Origin: an uncultured Thiotrichaceae bacterium
GTDB taxonomy: Bacteria > Pseudomonadota > Gammaproteobacteria > Thiotrichales > Thiotrichaceae
Direction: 5' to 3'
Assembly: GCA_937925855.1 (NCBI GenBank)
Contig: CALAMO010000002.1
Coordinates: 16,020-80,019 of the forward strand
DNA: 64,000 nucleotides
In this document: positions 39,870 through 50,156 of the stretch, piece by piece
Numbering within the stretch: position 1 is the first letter of the stretch
Layout: each line of letters starts with the position of its first letter
Made by a program: the position numbers and the translations under genes
The notes under the pieces: generated by a model
Told to the model about the DNA's origin: nothing
Seen by the model: the letters and a program-made list of their open reading frames with translations, nothing else
Databases searched by the model: none

Positions 39870-39894
39870 CCCAAGCCACTGACAATGGCTTGGG
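39870..39894 (-). terminator. Probable terminator of the DUF3047 gene
   Basis: On the minus strand, CCCAAGCC-N9-GGCTTGGG is followed by AAGCAATTTTTAT. Confidence 0.5.
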
Positions 39895-39940
39895 AAATTG
39901 TGATGTTTGTATCAACTCAATAGAAGGGGCGTGGTCTTCT

Positions 39941-40585
39941 CTACTGCGCCGAAAAGAATATATCCCCATAAGCCGCAGTCGCCTGACCTTTACCATTATC
40001 AGTATCTGTCATAATGGCAACGCCATCGATCTCAGTGATGTCTTTACCAAAGATGCGCTTAAAATCGGCGCGTACATTACGTTTTTCCCGCACCCAGCCA
40101 CCGACCTTATCCTCTGAACCACGGACGGCGGTCATCTTAGCATTTTTGGGTAAATAAGCATTGTCCCAGGTTGTACCGCGTGGCTGGTTGCTTGACCAGA
40201 CATAGTTCATCGCTTTGGTATTCCAAGGGATAATACCGCCATCAACAATAACGTAAATCCGCGCAGCGTAATCATCACCCTGCTTGCTTTGTTCGTCGAG
40301 GGTGCCTAATTTATTATCGATACGCCAACTCCAGTTCATCACAGGGGTTTTGGTGAGGTCAATATTAACTTTTTTCCCTAGGCCCGAAGCAGCGCTGTTG
40401 CTGGTTGCTGTCAACACTTTGGTATTGCCCTCGGCGCTGATTTGGTATTGTGTTGTGCCGCTGAACGCCTTGGTTTCCCAACCGGCCAACTGGCCCTTAG
40501 AAAACTCGCCGACCACAACGTTTTCACTAGCCATGATAGGGCTAGTGAGCGCGATACCAGCTAACAGAGCATAGAATTTTTTCAT
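39941..40585 (-). CDS. DUF3047-family periplasmic protein
   Basis: Signal peptide. 214 aa. NWSWRIDN...GDDYAARIYVIV block as in DUF3047 proteins (recognised from memory). Confidence 0.8.
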   Translation of the reverse strand: MKKFYALLAGIALTSPIMASENVVVGEFSKGQLAGWETKAFSGTTQYQISAEGNTKVLTATSNSAASGLGKKVNIDLTKTPVMNWSWRIDNKLGTLDEQSKQGDDYAARIYVIVDGGIIPWNTKAMNYVWSSNQPRGTTWDNAYLPKNAKMTAVRGSEDKVGGWVREKRNVRADFKRIFGKDITEIDGVAIMTDTDNGKGQATAAYGDIFFSAQ

Positions 40586-40704
40586 GATTAAAGCCTCTTT
40601 GTGCGTTAACGTTAAGATAGATAGTTTTTAGCTATACGCATCAGAACCGTTTTCGGATCAAAGATTCCCAGTGGGCAGGGTTAAATATTAAATTATTCGT
40701 GCGC

Positions 40705-42135
40705 TTACCCAATGGGTTTTTTCATTGTGACCAGCTCTTCCGCACTTACCGGGTGAATGGCCACGGTATCATCAAAGTCCTGCTTAGTAGCCCCCATTTT
40801 AATGGCTACAGCAAAGCCCTGGAGCATCTCATCCACGTCCTTACCCAAGAGGTGACAGCCGACGACTTTTTCTTCTTCTCCCACCACAATGAGTTTCATC
40901 AGCGTTTTCACCTTGTGCTGGGTGAAGGCGTAATACATTGGGTTAAATTCAGTTGAGTACACCTTGACCGTTTCGCCATACTGCGCGCGCGCCTCTGCTT
41001 CGGTCAGGCCAATCGTGCCGATCGGCGGGTGAGTAAACATTACAGTAGGAATCAGCTGATAATCCAGCTTACGCCCTGCCATGCCGCCATATAAACGATC
41101 TGCTAGCCGTCGTCCTGCCGCAATGGCGACCGGCGTTAGCTGAACGCCTCGTTTGTTGATGATATCCCCAAGCGCATAGAGTCCGGCAACATGAGTTTCC
41201 TGATAATCATCAACGTCAATCAATCCGCCCCGTGCCAACGTGATACCCGTATTTTCTATGCCAATATCATCGGTATTGGGCACACGCCCCACAGCCCATA
41301 ACACCTGATCCAGGTCGGTTATGACCGTACCGTCGGCGAGGTGTATACTTAAGCGCCCATCCGCTTGTTGCTCGACAGCGGTGATTTTGTCTTGAGTATT
41401 GGACTGAATGCCTTCTTTATCCATCTGCTTACGCAGCGCTGCTCGAATATCAGCATCAAAACCACGCAGTACTGAATGTCCCTGATGCAACAGATGAGTT
41501 TCAGTGCCCAGCGCATTCAGCACACCCGCCAGTTCCAGTGCGATATAGCCACCGCCGACCACCGCAACCTTCGCGGGCTGCGCTTCGTCTAGCTCAAAGA
41601 AACCATCTGAACTGATCACTAAGTCAGCGCCAGGTAGATCGGCAGGTGGGTCAGCTGGGCGTCCACCGGTCGAAATCACAATGCGGTCAGCAGTATACTG
41701 TGCGCCATCGACGGCAATGGTCTTCGCGTTCACGAAGCGCGCCTTACCTTCGATGAGTTCGACGCCTGCCTCAGCTAGAAATTCGTAATACCAGTCGTTA
41801 ATTCCACCGATCATGTTTTCACGCTTGGCGACCAGTTTTTTCCAATCCAGTTTGCCCGCCTTAACATCGAAGCCATAGTCGGCCGCATGGTGCATTGCAT
41901 GTGCCAAATTAGCGGAGTACCACATCACCTTTTTGGGTACGCAGCCTCGGTTGACACAGGTGCCTCCCATCACATCAGACTCAATGATCAAACACTTCGC
42001 ACCATAGCTGGCGGCGCGTTCCACCACAGACAGACCGCCGCTCCCGGCACCAATCGTAATCAGATCAAAATCATTAGGCTGCGCGTCAGAAGCTGCTGCT
42101 GTCTGTGACGAAAGATCTGTTTGACGGTTACTCAT
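40705..42135 (-). CDS. gor: Glutathione-disulfide reductase
   Basis: FAD motif IGAGSGG. Redox-active [18 protein letters not shown]-terminal HP dyad region (AIHPVSAEE). Confidence 0.9.
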   Translation of the reverse strand: MSNRQTDLSSQTAAASDAQPNDFDLITIGAGSGGLSVVERAASYGAKCLIIESDVMGGTCVNRGCVPKKVMWYSANLAHAMHHAADYGFDVKAGKLDWKKLVAKRENMIGGINDWYYEFLAEAGVELIEGKARFVNAKTIAVDGAQYTADRIVISTGGRPADPPADLPGADLVISSDGFFELDEAQPAKVAVVGGGYIALELAGVLNALGTETHLLHQGHSVLRGFDADIRAALRKQMDKEGIQSNTQDKITAVEQQADGRLSIHLADGTVITDLDQVLWAVGRVPNTDDIGIENTGITLARGGLIDVDDYQETHVAGLYALGDIINKRGVQLTPVAIAAGRRLADRLYGGMAGRKLDYQLIPTVMFTHPPIGTIGLTEAEARAQYGETVKVYSTEFNPMYYAFTQHKVKTLMKLIVVGEEEKVVGCHLLGKDVDEMLQGFAVAIKMGATKQDFDDTVAIHPVSAEELVTMKKPIG

Positions 42136-42251
42136 GTTTCACCCCTTGGATAGTTATGTGTGGTGCAGGCGATCAGCGGATGATGATTGATAGAAAATAA
42201 CAGCAGCGCTAATCGGCGTGCGAAATTAAATAATTATACTTGTGAAACGTT

Positions 42252-42548
42252 GTGACGGATGCACATGAAAATGATGTTTCTAGGCCAGAGTATATGGCAA
42301 ATAGAGGCTACAGCGCACGCGCTAGGGCAATAGACGTAACAGGGTGGCGATGTGTTGGTTATTCGTTCGTGCTAGGCGTAGGGTTGGGGGTGGGCTTTAT
42401 GGTGCACATCTGTCCCTTACTGATCTCAATCAGTGGGGTGATCCTTAACTTCACCACAGGTTTACCCGACTTGTATGCCACGATTAAACAGGACTGGTGG
42501 CAGCTTGGAAAAGATCCGGCTCGACTGTCACTGGGTTTTGTTGCCTGA
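42252..42548 (+). CDS. Hypothetical small membrane protein (weak call)
   Basis: 98-aa ORF with a GTG start and one or two hydrophobic segments. No SD, no recognisable family. Confidence 0.25.
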   Translation: MTDAHENDVSRPEYMANRGYSARARAIDVTGWRCVGYSFVLGVGLGVGFMVHICPLLISISGVILNFTTGLPDLYATIKQDWWQLGKDPARLSLGFVA

Positions 42549-42625
42549 GTATGATCCACTTCTTATACTAACGATCGTTTGCTGTGTGTACTCTTGGATA
42601 ATAGCGTTTAACGGGCTGGGAACAG

Positions 42626-43771
42626 ATGGATAAATTGCATAAGGATGTGCGGGTTTTTACAGAGTGCTGGCGCGGCGGCCTCTGTGCAATGCTATGGATG
42701 GTTACCCCTGGCCTATTGCTAGCCGAAGCGTTTGAATACAAACCACAAAAATTCTTTGAGTCCGGTGATACAGCGCACTTTGCGGTGGATGATCGTCAGC
42801 CGCTACAGCGAATTTTCTCAGGCAATGAGTCGCTTTATATGACGCAGGACGGCGATATCTATAATGAAGATGTCGCCACGCTCGACCCGCCCATTAAGCA
42901 GGCGCGCAGTACGGACTATTCTTTTCGTAAATCCAAATACATTCTAGCCACGCAGGTATACACGCATTCAAATTATCGGATAGCGTTTTACAGTGGCTGT
43001 CGTTTCCGTCAGTATGAAAAGAAATTGGTGCCGGTACACCGCTCTTGTGGCTACCAACCGCGCAAAAATGTGAGTCGCAGCAAGCGCATTGAGTGGGAGC
43101 ATGTGGTACCTGCTTGGGTATTCGGCCATCAGCTTAAATGTTGGCAGGAAGGTGGCCGCTCACACTGCCGAAACACACACCAGCGTTTTCGTCAGATGGA
43201 AGCGGATATGCATAATCTGGTGCCTGCCATTGGTGAAATTAACGGTGATCGCAGCAATTACCGTTTCCAGATGATTACTGGCGAAAACCGCTTATATGGC
43301 CAGCCAGTGAATATGGAAATTGATTTTGGGCAGCGCTGGGCCGAGCCGCCAGAGCAGGTGTTTGGCGATATTGGCCGAATTTATTTGTATATGAAGGAGC
43401 GCTACGGTTTTCGGCTGAGTGCCAGCCAGCTTAAGCTGTTCCGCAGCTGGAATAATCTTGATCCGGTGGACGAGTGGGAGCTTAAGCGCAATCAGTTGCT
43501 CACAACATTACAGGGCAACCATAATCCCTTCGTCACACACTACAAAAAGATGGCACTAGAAACAGCAGAGGGCACTCCGCAGCCTAGTGAACGGCCAGAT
43601 GCTTTGGGGTATCCTGAGGATGGCACGCTGATAGACCAGCTGTATCGCATGATTTATCAGCACCGTGACCAAATGCCCTACTTCGTGCTGAGCATTGCGA
43701 CCATGCTGTATTGGGTTTATCTGCGCCATCGACGTAAGCAAAATCCGGTGGTGCCTAAAAAGAAAAAATAA
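42626..43771 (+). CDS. Endonuclease I (EndA/Vvn family) with a C-terminal extension ending in a TM segment
   Basis: Catalytic block IEWEHVVPAWVFGH...MEADMHNLVPAIGEINGDRSNY. C-terminal YFVLSIATMLYWVYL followed by RHRRKQ. Confidence 0.87.
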   Translation: MDKLHKDVRVFTECWRGGLCAMLWMVTPGLLLAEAFEYKPQKFFESGDTAHFAVDDRQPLQRIFSGNESLYMTQDGDIYNEDVATLDPPIKQARSTDYSFRKSKYILATQVYTHSNYRIAFYSGCRFRQYEKKLVPVHRSCGYQPRKNVSRSKRIEWEHVVPAWVFGHQLKCWQEGGRSHCRNTHQRFRQMEADMHNLVPAIGEINGDRSNYRFQMITGENRLYGQPVNMEIDFGQRWAEPPEQVFGDIGRIYLYMKERYGFRLSASQLKLFRSWNNLDPVDEWELKRNQLLTTLQGNHNPFVTHYKKMALETAEGTPQPSERPDALGYPEDGTLIDQLYRMIYQHRDQMPYFVLSIATMLYWVYLRHRRKQNPVVPKKKK

Positions 43772-43792
43772 TAGAGGCCTTAGAAAAATAAT

Positions 43793-44368
43793 ATGAGCAC
43801 GGGAATGATTACTTTTTTTGCGATGTTGGGTGGGCTGATCGTCTGGATAATCGTGCTGTATAATCATTTGGTTATGCTGAAAAACAACTCTGACAAGGCG
43901 TGGAGCAATATTGATGTCCTGTTGAAGCAGCGTAATGAGGAGCTGCCCAAGTTGATTGCGGTGTGTAAAGAGCACATGCAGTATGAGCAGGAAACCTTAC
44001 AAAGAGTGATTGCAGCCCGTAGTCGGGTGGAAACCGCGCTGAAGGCGGGTGATATGGGTTCGATTGGGATGGCAGAAGATCAGCTCCGGCTAGGACTGGG
44101 CCAGCTATTTGCCGTGGCGGAGGATTATCCTGAACTGAAGGCCAGCGATGCCTTCCTGCAACTTCAGATGCGTATTACGACCCTGGAAGACAATATTGCG
44201 GATCGGCGCGAGTTTTATAATGACTCCGCGAATCTGAATAATACCCGGATTGAACAGTTTCCTGATGTACTGATTGCCCGCATGTTTTCCTTCCGGCGCT
44301 ACCGCTTAATGAGTTTTACCACGCTAGAAAAGCATGATGTGGATATTGCGGCTAATTTTAAGCACTGA
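43793..44368 (+). CDS. LemA-family protein
   Basis: N-terminal TM, then YNHLVMLKNNSDKAWSNIDVLLKQRNEELPKL, the family hallmark. Confidence 0.9.
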   Translation: MSTGMITFFAMLGGLIVWIIVLYNHLVMLKNNSDKAWSNIDVLLKQRNEELPKLIAVCKEHMQYEQETLQRVIAARSRVETALKAGDMGSIGMAEDQLRLGLGQLFAVAEDYPELKASDAFLQLQMRITTLEDNIADRREFYNDSANLNNTRIEQFPDVLIARMFSFRRYRLMSFTTLEKHDVDIAANFKH

Positions 44369-44423
44369 GTGGCTAGGTCGCCGCATGCGCTATCGCACCA
44401 CCTGTCACTCCAGCTAAGTCCCG

Positions 44424-45305
44424 ATGTTCTCAAAGCAGCAGTCCCCGTTCTTAGGTTGGTCCTATTTTTTACGGCATCAATACCGTGTGCTGTGGCGTAA
44501 GGGTGGCTTGGTGAATGCCATGGCGCGTCCGAGCCTTCTATTGACTTGGGCGTTATGCGGTTATGGACTGATTTACAGTACCGGTACGGTCTGGTTGTGG
44601 CTATTTGCGCTCTTGAGTCTGTCTTTTGCGCTGGCTTTGTATCAGCGTTATCGCTTGTTAGTCGATACCGCAACGTCGGCGGTGAGTAGTAGTGCACAGG
44701 GCTATGTTGCGCTACAGGGGACAGCGCGGCTGCCCGATGGGGAATATACACGCGGTTTGCCGCAGCTGCCGGTCACACTTTGGCTGCCGGGTTATATTGA
44801 AGACCAGCCATTTTACTTGCTCGATGACGCTGGGCGTTGCTTGCTGTACCCGGAGGCAGCCGATATTGTCATCCAACCCTCAAACCACCATTACCACTGG
44901 CTACAGGCGATTTACCCGGGCCAGACGCTGTATGTGCTCGGTGATATGCGTACCTATACTGGGGATAATACGCGCCATGGCTATCACTATCGGGTCAGTG
45001 AGTTACTGGCGCGGTGGAAGAGCAATTCTTTTAATTTGCTCGGTGCGTTTGATAAGAATGGTGACGGTCGGCTGTGTGCTGAGGAGTGGGCCGTCGCGGT
45101 AAAGTCTGCACAACAGCTGGCGCGTGAGGCTCAGGCAGAAAATCGCTATAAAACGGGCACCCACATTATTGACCGCTCAAGCGGCGGCAGATTATTCATG
45201 ATCAGCAATATTCCACCGGATCGACTGGCGACCCGCTATCGGATTGCCAGCGGTTTATACAGCGCAGCATGGTTAGGCGTGCTGGTGATATACTATTCCG
45301 CTTAA
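44424..45305 (+). CDS. Membrane protein with a GIDE-like domain and a canonical EF-hand loop
   Basis: TM segments at both ends. GYVALQGTA... resembles GIDE-type partners of LemA. DKNGDGRLCAEE fits the 12-residue EF-hand loop (D1, N3, D5, G6, E12). Confidence 0.68.
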   Translation: MFSKQQSPFLGWSYFLRHQYRVLWRKGGLVNAMARPSLLLTWALCGYGLIYSTGTVWLWLFALLSLSFALALYQRYRLLVDTATSAVSSSAQGYVALQGTARLPDGEYTRGLPQLPVTLWLPGYIEDQPFYLLDDAGRCLLYPEAADIVIQPSNHHYHWLQAIYPGQTLYVLGDMRTYTGDNTRHGYHYRVSELLARWKSNSFNLLGAFDKNGDGRLCAEEWAVAVKSAQQLAREAQAENRYKTGTHIIDRSSGGRLFMISNIPPDRLATRYRIASGLYSAAWLGVLVIYYSA

Positions 45306-45853
45306 TCGCGTGCCTGATGATCTGCGATGGGGGCGTCGGGCCTGTTGTAGAAGAAGCTGCTGAGCGTGAACAGTGTCATTAGCAGTACTAATAGTCCAGC
45401 CAGTAGCACCAGCACCTCCGCCATTGACATAAACTGTGGAATAACCCACGGCGTGAGGCCACAAGATTCCAGCGGTTCAAACACGGCGGGCAGCCATTTG
45501 TCCAGCGCAAACCACGCCGGTAAACCCGTGACTAAATCACCGCAGCTACCATCGACCCAGCCACGTTCCGTGCCCAATACGATATAAGAGCGTTCCAGCA
45601 TACCGAACGCAGCGGTTAAGGTGAGTAAATTAGCGATAATCAGGCCAGGGCGGCTATTGCGCAGGAAAAAGCCAACAATCGCCGCCAGCATAATCGCAAA
45701 TACCCAGATGCGGATGTGAACACAGAGTACACAGGGCAGGTAATCCAGCTGGTACTGGTAGTAGAGTGCGCCCAGTTCTAGCGCAATACAGACAAAGATC
45801 AGCCCGCCCCAAAACAGGGCAGAGCGGTTGAGTGAGGCGAATTTAGCGAGCAT
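45302..45853 (-). CDS. dsbB: Disulfide bond formation protein B family
   Basis: 4-5 TM helices. Periplasmic-loop Cys pair in LPCVLCVHIR, plus a second Cys pair. Confidence 0.8.
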   Translation of the reverse strand: MLAKFASLNRSALFWGGLIFVCIALELGALYYQYQLDYLPCVLCVHIRIWVFAIMLAAIVGFFLRNSRPGLIIANLLTLTAAFGMLERSYIVLGTERGWVDGSCGDLVTGLPAWFALDKWLPAVFEPLESCGLTPWVIPQFMSMAEVLVLLAGLLVLLMTLFTLSSFFYNRPDAPIADHQARD

Positions 45854-45997
45854 GATGTTATTCCGTGTGTGCTGCGGTTAGTAGGATTATGGCGCAAGGG
45901 GCCGACAGGTCAATATCAAAGGCATTGGCTGCGGTAAATTTTGCACGGTAGGTGGCGTCAAGCGCTACACGGTGACGCGCAACCCAGTGCGCAGCCA

Positions 45998-46687
45998 TCA
46001 GGTCCGAATCTGCGCACGGAAAAATGCAGCGGTTTCGGCACCGTATAAATCATCGGCTACCGTATACTGGGCCAGCGATTGGCGCGAGTCAGCCGCTTCC
46101 TGCTTCGTCATGAGATTACCATCAAATAGTTCGGTCGCCTCAGCGATAAAGTGGTGCGGATACTCCGGGTGAAACTGGACTGAGCGTGCCGGAAAATCAT
46201 ACTGTAAAGCGGCCACCGGGCAGTAGGACGCAGAGGCCGTCACTTTAGCTGAGGGGGGTACCTGCGTGATTTGATCTTGGTGCATGACGCGGGCCGCATA
46301 CTGCCCTGTGTCTGTATTAAATTCACGCGGCCCGACCACAAAGCCGTGCGTAGATTTTTCTGCCTTACCGCCATAGGTATCGGCCATGAGCTGGTGACCA
46401 AAACAAATACCAAACACCGGAATATTAGCCGCTCTCAGCTGTAAGAGCAGCGTCCGCAGCGGCTGCATCCAGTCTGCCTCATCATAGACACCTTTTTCTG
46501 ACCCGGACAAAATATAACCGTCGTAGTCATTCACTTTTGGCAGCGCTGCACCGGTAGCAATATTAAGCTCGGACAGCTTGGCTTCCGGTAGATGCGGAGT
46601 GAGCCAGCGGGTAATCAGACTGCCCAAGTTGCCATAATGTGCTAGGCGAGCGTCAGGTTTGCAAAGATCGAGGACTGCAATATGCAT
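45998..46687 (-). CDS. Class I glutamine amidotransferase-like protein
   Basis: Nucleophile elbow VFGICFGHQLMA and a distal HPE motif. 229 aa. Confidence 0.87.
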   Translation of the reverse strand: MHIAVLDLCKPDARLAHYGNLGSLITRWLTPHLPEAKLSELNIATGAALPKVNDYDGYILSGSEKGVYDEADWMQPLRTLLLQLRAANIPVFGICFGHQLMADTYGGKAEKSTHGFVVGPREFNTDTGQYAARVMHQDQITQVPPSAKVTASASYCPVAALQYDFPARSVQFHPEYPHHFIAEATELFDGNLMTKQEAADSRQSLAQYTVADDLYGAETAAFFRAQIRT

Positions 46688-46721
46688 AGACCTTTCCTAT
46701 GAGAGAATCAAAGTGTAGCCA

Positions 46722-48320
46722 TCAACCAATGCCCACGCCGTGTTCGCGGGTGGAATGAAAGGTCACCTCCGGCCACTTTTCCTGTGCCATCTGTAAATTT
46801 ACCCGCGTTGGCGCGATATAAACCAGTTCACCTGCATGGTCATAAGCCAGATTCTGTGCCGCTTTGGTTTTAAATTGCTCGAAGCGCTTGTCATCATCTG
46901 ACGTGACCCAGCGGGCAGTTTGTACATTGACGGCTTCAAAAACCGCATCAACCTTGTACTCATCTTTTAAGCGTTGTGCGACAACATCAAACTGTAGCAC
47001 GCCGACCGCGCCTAGAATAAGGTCGTTATTATTCAGTGGCTTAAACAGTTGGGTCGCCCCTTCTTCACACAGTTCGCCCAGCCCCTTCTGGAGCTGCTTC
47101 ATCTTCAGCGGGTCTTTTAACTGCGCGCGGCGAAACAGTTCGGGGGCAAAATTGGGAATGCCGGTGAACTGCAGATTCTCGCCCTGAGTAAAAGTGTCGC
47201 CAATCCGAATACTGCCGTGGTTATGAATCCCAATAATATCGCCCGCGAAGGCTTCCAGCGCATGCTCACGGTCTGAGGCCATAAACGTGAGCGCATCGGG
47301 AATTTTGATATCCTTCCCGATGCGCACTTGTTTTGCTTTCATGCCTTTTTGGAATTTACCGGAGCAGATGCGCACAAACGCCATGCGATCCCGGTGCTGT
47401 GGGTCCATGTTGGCCTGAATTTTAAACACAAAGCCGGTGAATTTTTCTTCATCAGCTCCGACTTCGCGCGTGATGGCCGGGCGCGCCTGTGGCGGTGGTG
47501 CATGCGCTACAAAATCATCCAGCAGCTCTCGAATCCCGAAGCTATTCAGGGCAGTACCAAAATAAACCGGCGTCATTGCACCGCGCAGATAGGCCTCGTG
47601 GTCGAAGGCATGGCTGGCGCCTTGCACGAGCTCAATTTCTTCGCGCAGGGCGGCGGCCTCGGCACCCAATAATTCATCCAGCTTGGGGTTGCCCAGCCCC
47701 TGAATTTCCTCATACGCTTCGCGCCGTTCCGTATTGGCTTTATACAGAATGACTTTATCCTGATAGAGGTGATAAATCCCTTGCAGCCGCTTACCCATGC
47801 CAATTGGCCAAGTGACTGGCGCGCATTGAATTTTTAAGACGGCCTCCACTTCATCCAATAGCTCAATCGGATCTTTGCCCTCACGATCCAGCTTATTGAT
47901 AAAAGTCATAATGGGGGTATCCCGCAGGCGGCAGACTTCCATGAGTTTAATTGTGCGTTCTTCCACCCCTTTCGCCACGTCGATAACCATGAGCGCAGAA
48001 TCCACCGCTGTGAGCACGCGATAGGTGTCTTCTGAGAAATCTTCGTGCCCCGGCGTATCCAGCAAGTTGACAATGCAGTCACTGTAGGGAAACTGCATTA
48101 CGGATGAAGTGACGGAAATACCGCGCTCTTTCTCCATCGCCATCCAGTCTGAAGTGGCATGTCGTGCGGCTTTGCGACCTTTAACGGTGCCCGCTAGCTG
48201 TATCGCACCACCAAACAGCAGGACTTTTTCTGTCATGGTGGTTTTACCCGCATCGGGGTGCGAGATAATCGCGAAAGTTCGCCTTCTTTGTATTTCCTGT
48301 AGTTCAGCGCTGTTTGCCAT
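46722..48320 (-). CDS. prfC: Peptide chain release factor 3
   Basis: GTPase G1 [10 protein letters not shown]3 [14 protein letters not shown] prefer the start at ATG 48320 ([28 protein letters not shown]); the track ORF extends further, to 48395. Confidence 0.95.
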   Translation of the reverse strand: MANSAELQEIQRRRTFAIISHPDAGKTTMTEKVLLFGGAIQLAGTVKGRKAARHATSDWMAMEKERGISVTSSVMQFPYSDCIVNLLDTPGHEDFSEDTYRVLTAVDSALMVIDVAKGVEERTIKLMEVCRLRDTPIMTFINKLDREGKDPIELLDEVEAVLKIQCAPVTWPIGMGKRLQGIYHLYQDKVILYKANTERREAYEEIQGLGNPKLDELLGAEAAALREEIELVQGASHAFDHEAYLRGAMTPVYFGTALNSFGIRELLDDFVAHAPPPQARPAITREVGADEEKFTGFVFKIQANMDPQHRDRMAFVRICSGKFQKGMKAKQVRIGKDIKIPDALTFMASDREHALEAFAGDIIGIHNHGSIRIGDTFTQGENLQFTGIPNFAPELFRRAQLKDPLKMKQLQKGLGELCEEGATQLFKPLNNNDLILGAVGVLQFDVVAQRLKDEYKVDAVFEAVNVQTARWVTSDDDKRFEQFKTKAAQNLAYDHAGELVYIAPTRVNLQMAQEKWPEVTFHSTREHGVGIG

Positions 48321-48502
48321 TAGATAATGTCTGCCGTTTGATCTGATATAAGCTGAAATAGCCTGTGCAGCAGAAGTCCCCTGCGCAGGCAGCACCAGAG
48401 TATAGCACTGTCGAAAACGGGCCGGGTGGAAAAGCCAAGCACTTAAGTAGCGGCAGCACCATAAGCTTTAAAATGATGATTATTAAGCGAGTGCGCGCGG
48501 CC

Positions 48503-49765
48503 CTATTGGAGGGTGATACGCTTTTCCAGCACGATCCGCTGCGCGTTAACGTCTGTGTTTGGCTGCGCCGCACGCGAAAATACCACATCCACGCGCTGAC
48601 CGCGTCGGGTGGCGGCCAGCACGAGCAGTAGGTCAGCGGTCGATTGAACGGCTCGCCCATTGACGCGGATGAAGCGATCACCGGCCTGCATGCCTGCCGC
48701 TGCGGCAGCGCTGGTCTCAGCCAGTTCGCGGATTGCTACATAGGCTGTAGCCGTGCCGGCGCTGTGATCTTCCAGCCAGACCCCGAGCTTACCGACAGGC
48801 GGCAGACTCAGCTTGTCACTGAGGATAAAATAATCGAAGGTCGTTGCTTCTGCTTCTGCTTCTGCTTCTGCTTCTGCTTCTGCTTCTGCTTGCTCGCGAG
48901 TGACGCTTTGCACCGTTGCCATTTTCACGGTGGGTAGGGCGCGTGCCACATCATTAGGCATAGCCTGTCGGCCCAAATGCCCGGAGCCCGCGAAGATAAG
49001 CATGCGTCGTTGGGGCTGGGATGTGAGTTGCTGTACGATCCGTGCGGCCATGGTTTCATCCCAAATGCGCTGGATTAGTATGAAACGTTCTAGATCCCCC
49101 TGACCGGCCATGTGTTCATTAAAAACACCTTCCAGGTAGTCGCGATAATTACCCATGGGGGGGTGGATAATGGCAGGTAGCTGTTGACGCGCTGCGGCTG
49201 TCAATGCCTCCAGGCCGCTCGCTGAAACTTCGCGCGTAATTTCGCTGGCGGCATTCAGGGCGATCACTGGTAGTTTGTGTTCCCGCGCATACGCTAGTAT
49301 TGGACGCAGCAGGCGAAAGTCATAGCGCCAGCGCGCGTAATATTCGCTCCGTTTTAATAGGTCTGTTTCACTTAGCTGACCCGCCAAATAGCCATCCAGC
49401 ACTGACTGAAACGGCTGCTGGAACCATTCCACGCCAATTGCCAGCGCTGAATCTTGCTGGTGCATAAGGCGCAGCAGTGCGAGTTGATTGAGGTGATGAT
49501 CATAACGGTCATGCTGTTCGGCCACAAAGATCACTTGCTTGTCCGCCAGCGCAGCAGCGAGTGCCGGCCAATCCATTTCTACTAGTGAATGGGGTTGGGT
49601 CTCTGTCACGTTGGTGCCTCTGCCTGATGCAACAATGCTTGGCTGATACGCTTGCAGAAAGTTCAGTGCGTCCTGGGTTGTCTGATGGTGCAGCAGCTGT
49701 GCTTGCGCAGGACTGCTTAACTGGAATAGCAGAGACAGGCAAAATAATATCGTGTGTGTTTTCAT
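48503..49765 (-). CDS. ChaN-like (haem-binding/Tiki superfamily) periplasmic protein fused to a C-terminal PDZ domain through an (EA)n linker
   Basis: Signal peptide. ChaN-type block VIFVAEQHDRYDHHLNQL...IGVEWF. PDZ-like GMQAGDRFIRVNGRAV. Confidence 0.78.
   Translation of the reverse strand: MKTHTILFCLSLLFQLSSPAQAQLLHHQTTQDALNFLQAYQPSIVASGRGTNVTETQPHSLVEMDWPALAAALADKQVIFVAEQHDRYDHHLNQLALLRLMHQQDSALAIGVEWFQQPFQSVLDGYLAGQLSETDLLKRSEYYARWRYDFRLLRPILAYAREHKLPVIALNAASEITREVSASGLEALTAAARQQLPAIIHPPMGNYRDYLEGVFNEHMAGQGDLERFILIQRIWDETMAARIVQQLTSQPQRRMLIFAGSGHLGRQAMPNDVARALPTVKMATVQSVTREQAEAEAEAEAEAEAEATTFDYFILSDKLSLPPVGKLGVWLEDHSAGTATAYVAIRELAETSAAAAAGMQAGDRFIRVNGRAVQSTADLLLVLAATRRGQRVDVVFSRAAQPNTDVNAQRIVLEKRITLQ
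48846..48887. repeat. Hexanucleotide microsatellite (GCTTCT)x7
   Basis: Seven perfect tandem copies read directly. They encode the (AE)7 linker of the ChaN-PDZ protein. Confidence 0.95.
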
Positions 49766-50156
49766 GCTTGGAATTGAATTTTTTTCATGTGTGTGGCTAT
49801 CGATAAGGAAAAACTCACTATTGAAACTGAGGTTTTGTGGTGCTGAGCAGGAGCAATAGTATGCTCAAAAAAGTTCCGTTATGGTATAGGTATTGTTTTG
49901 GGTCTCAACACGATATTAACAAAATAAAGATAGTTTTGGTCGCGATAATGGAAATAATGGACAGCATCTTTTTTTACAAACCTTGTTCGAATCTTTTACA
50001 ATAGCCACTAACCGCTGATTTTGTACAACGCGAGGACATTTAATCAGATGAAACGGATCCGCATGACAAAATAACTGATGTCCATCAGCACAAATTTAGC
50101 ATGTTCTCTCAACCAACACTAATAACCCAAACTATTCCAAAGAGGAAAGGAATACT

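Noticed and set aside
39844-39882. 12-codon ORF MVTMHKNCFPSH with a strong SD (GGGAGG-N7-ATG), divergent from the tri-domain gene; considered as a possible RiPP-like precursor
   Set aside because: It is far too short to judge. Its 3' end overlaps the terminator hairpin of the DUF3047 gene. There is no leader/core organisation and nothing to compare it with. It is worth a look only if the large enzyme proves to be peptide-modifying.
45858-45998. 46-codon minus-strand ORF (MAAHWVARHRVALDATYRAKF...) whose ATG overlaps the stop of the amidotransferase gene and which ends 5 nt before dsbB
   Set aside because: It is below a reliable size, with no recognisable family and no SD. The overlap could be coincidental. 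It needs ribosome profiling or conservation evidence.
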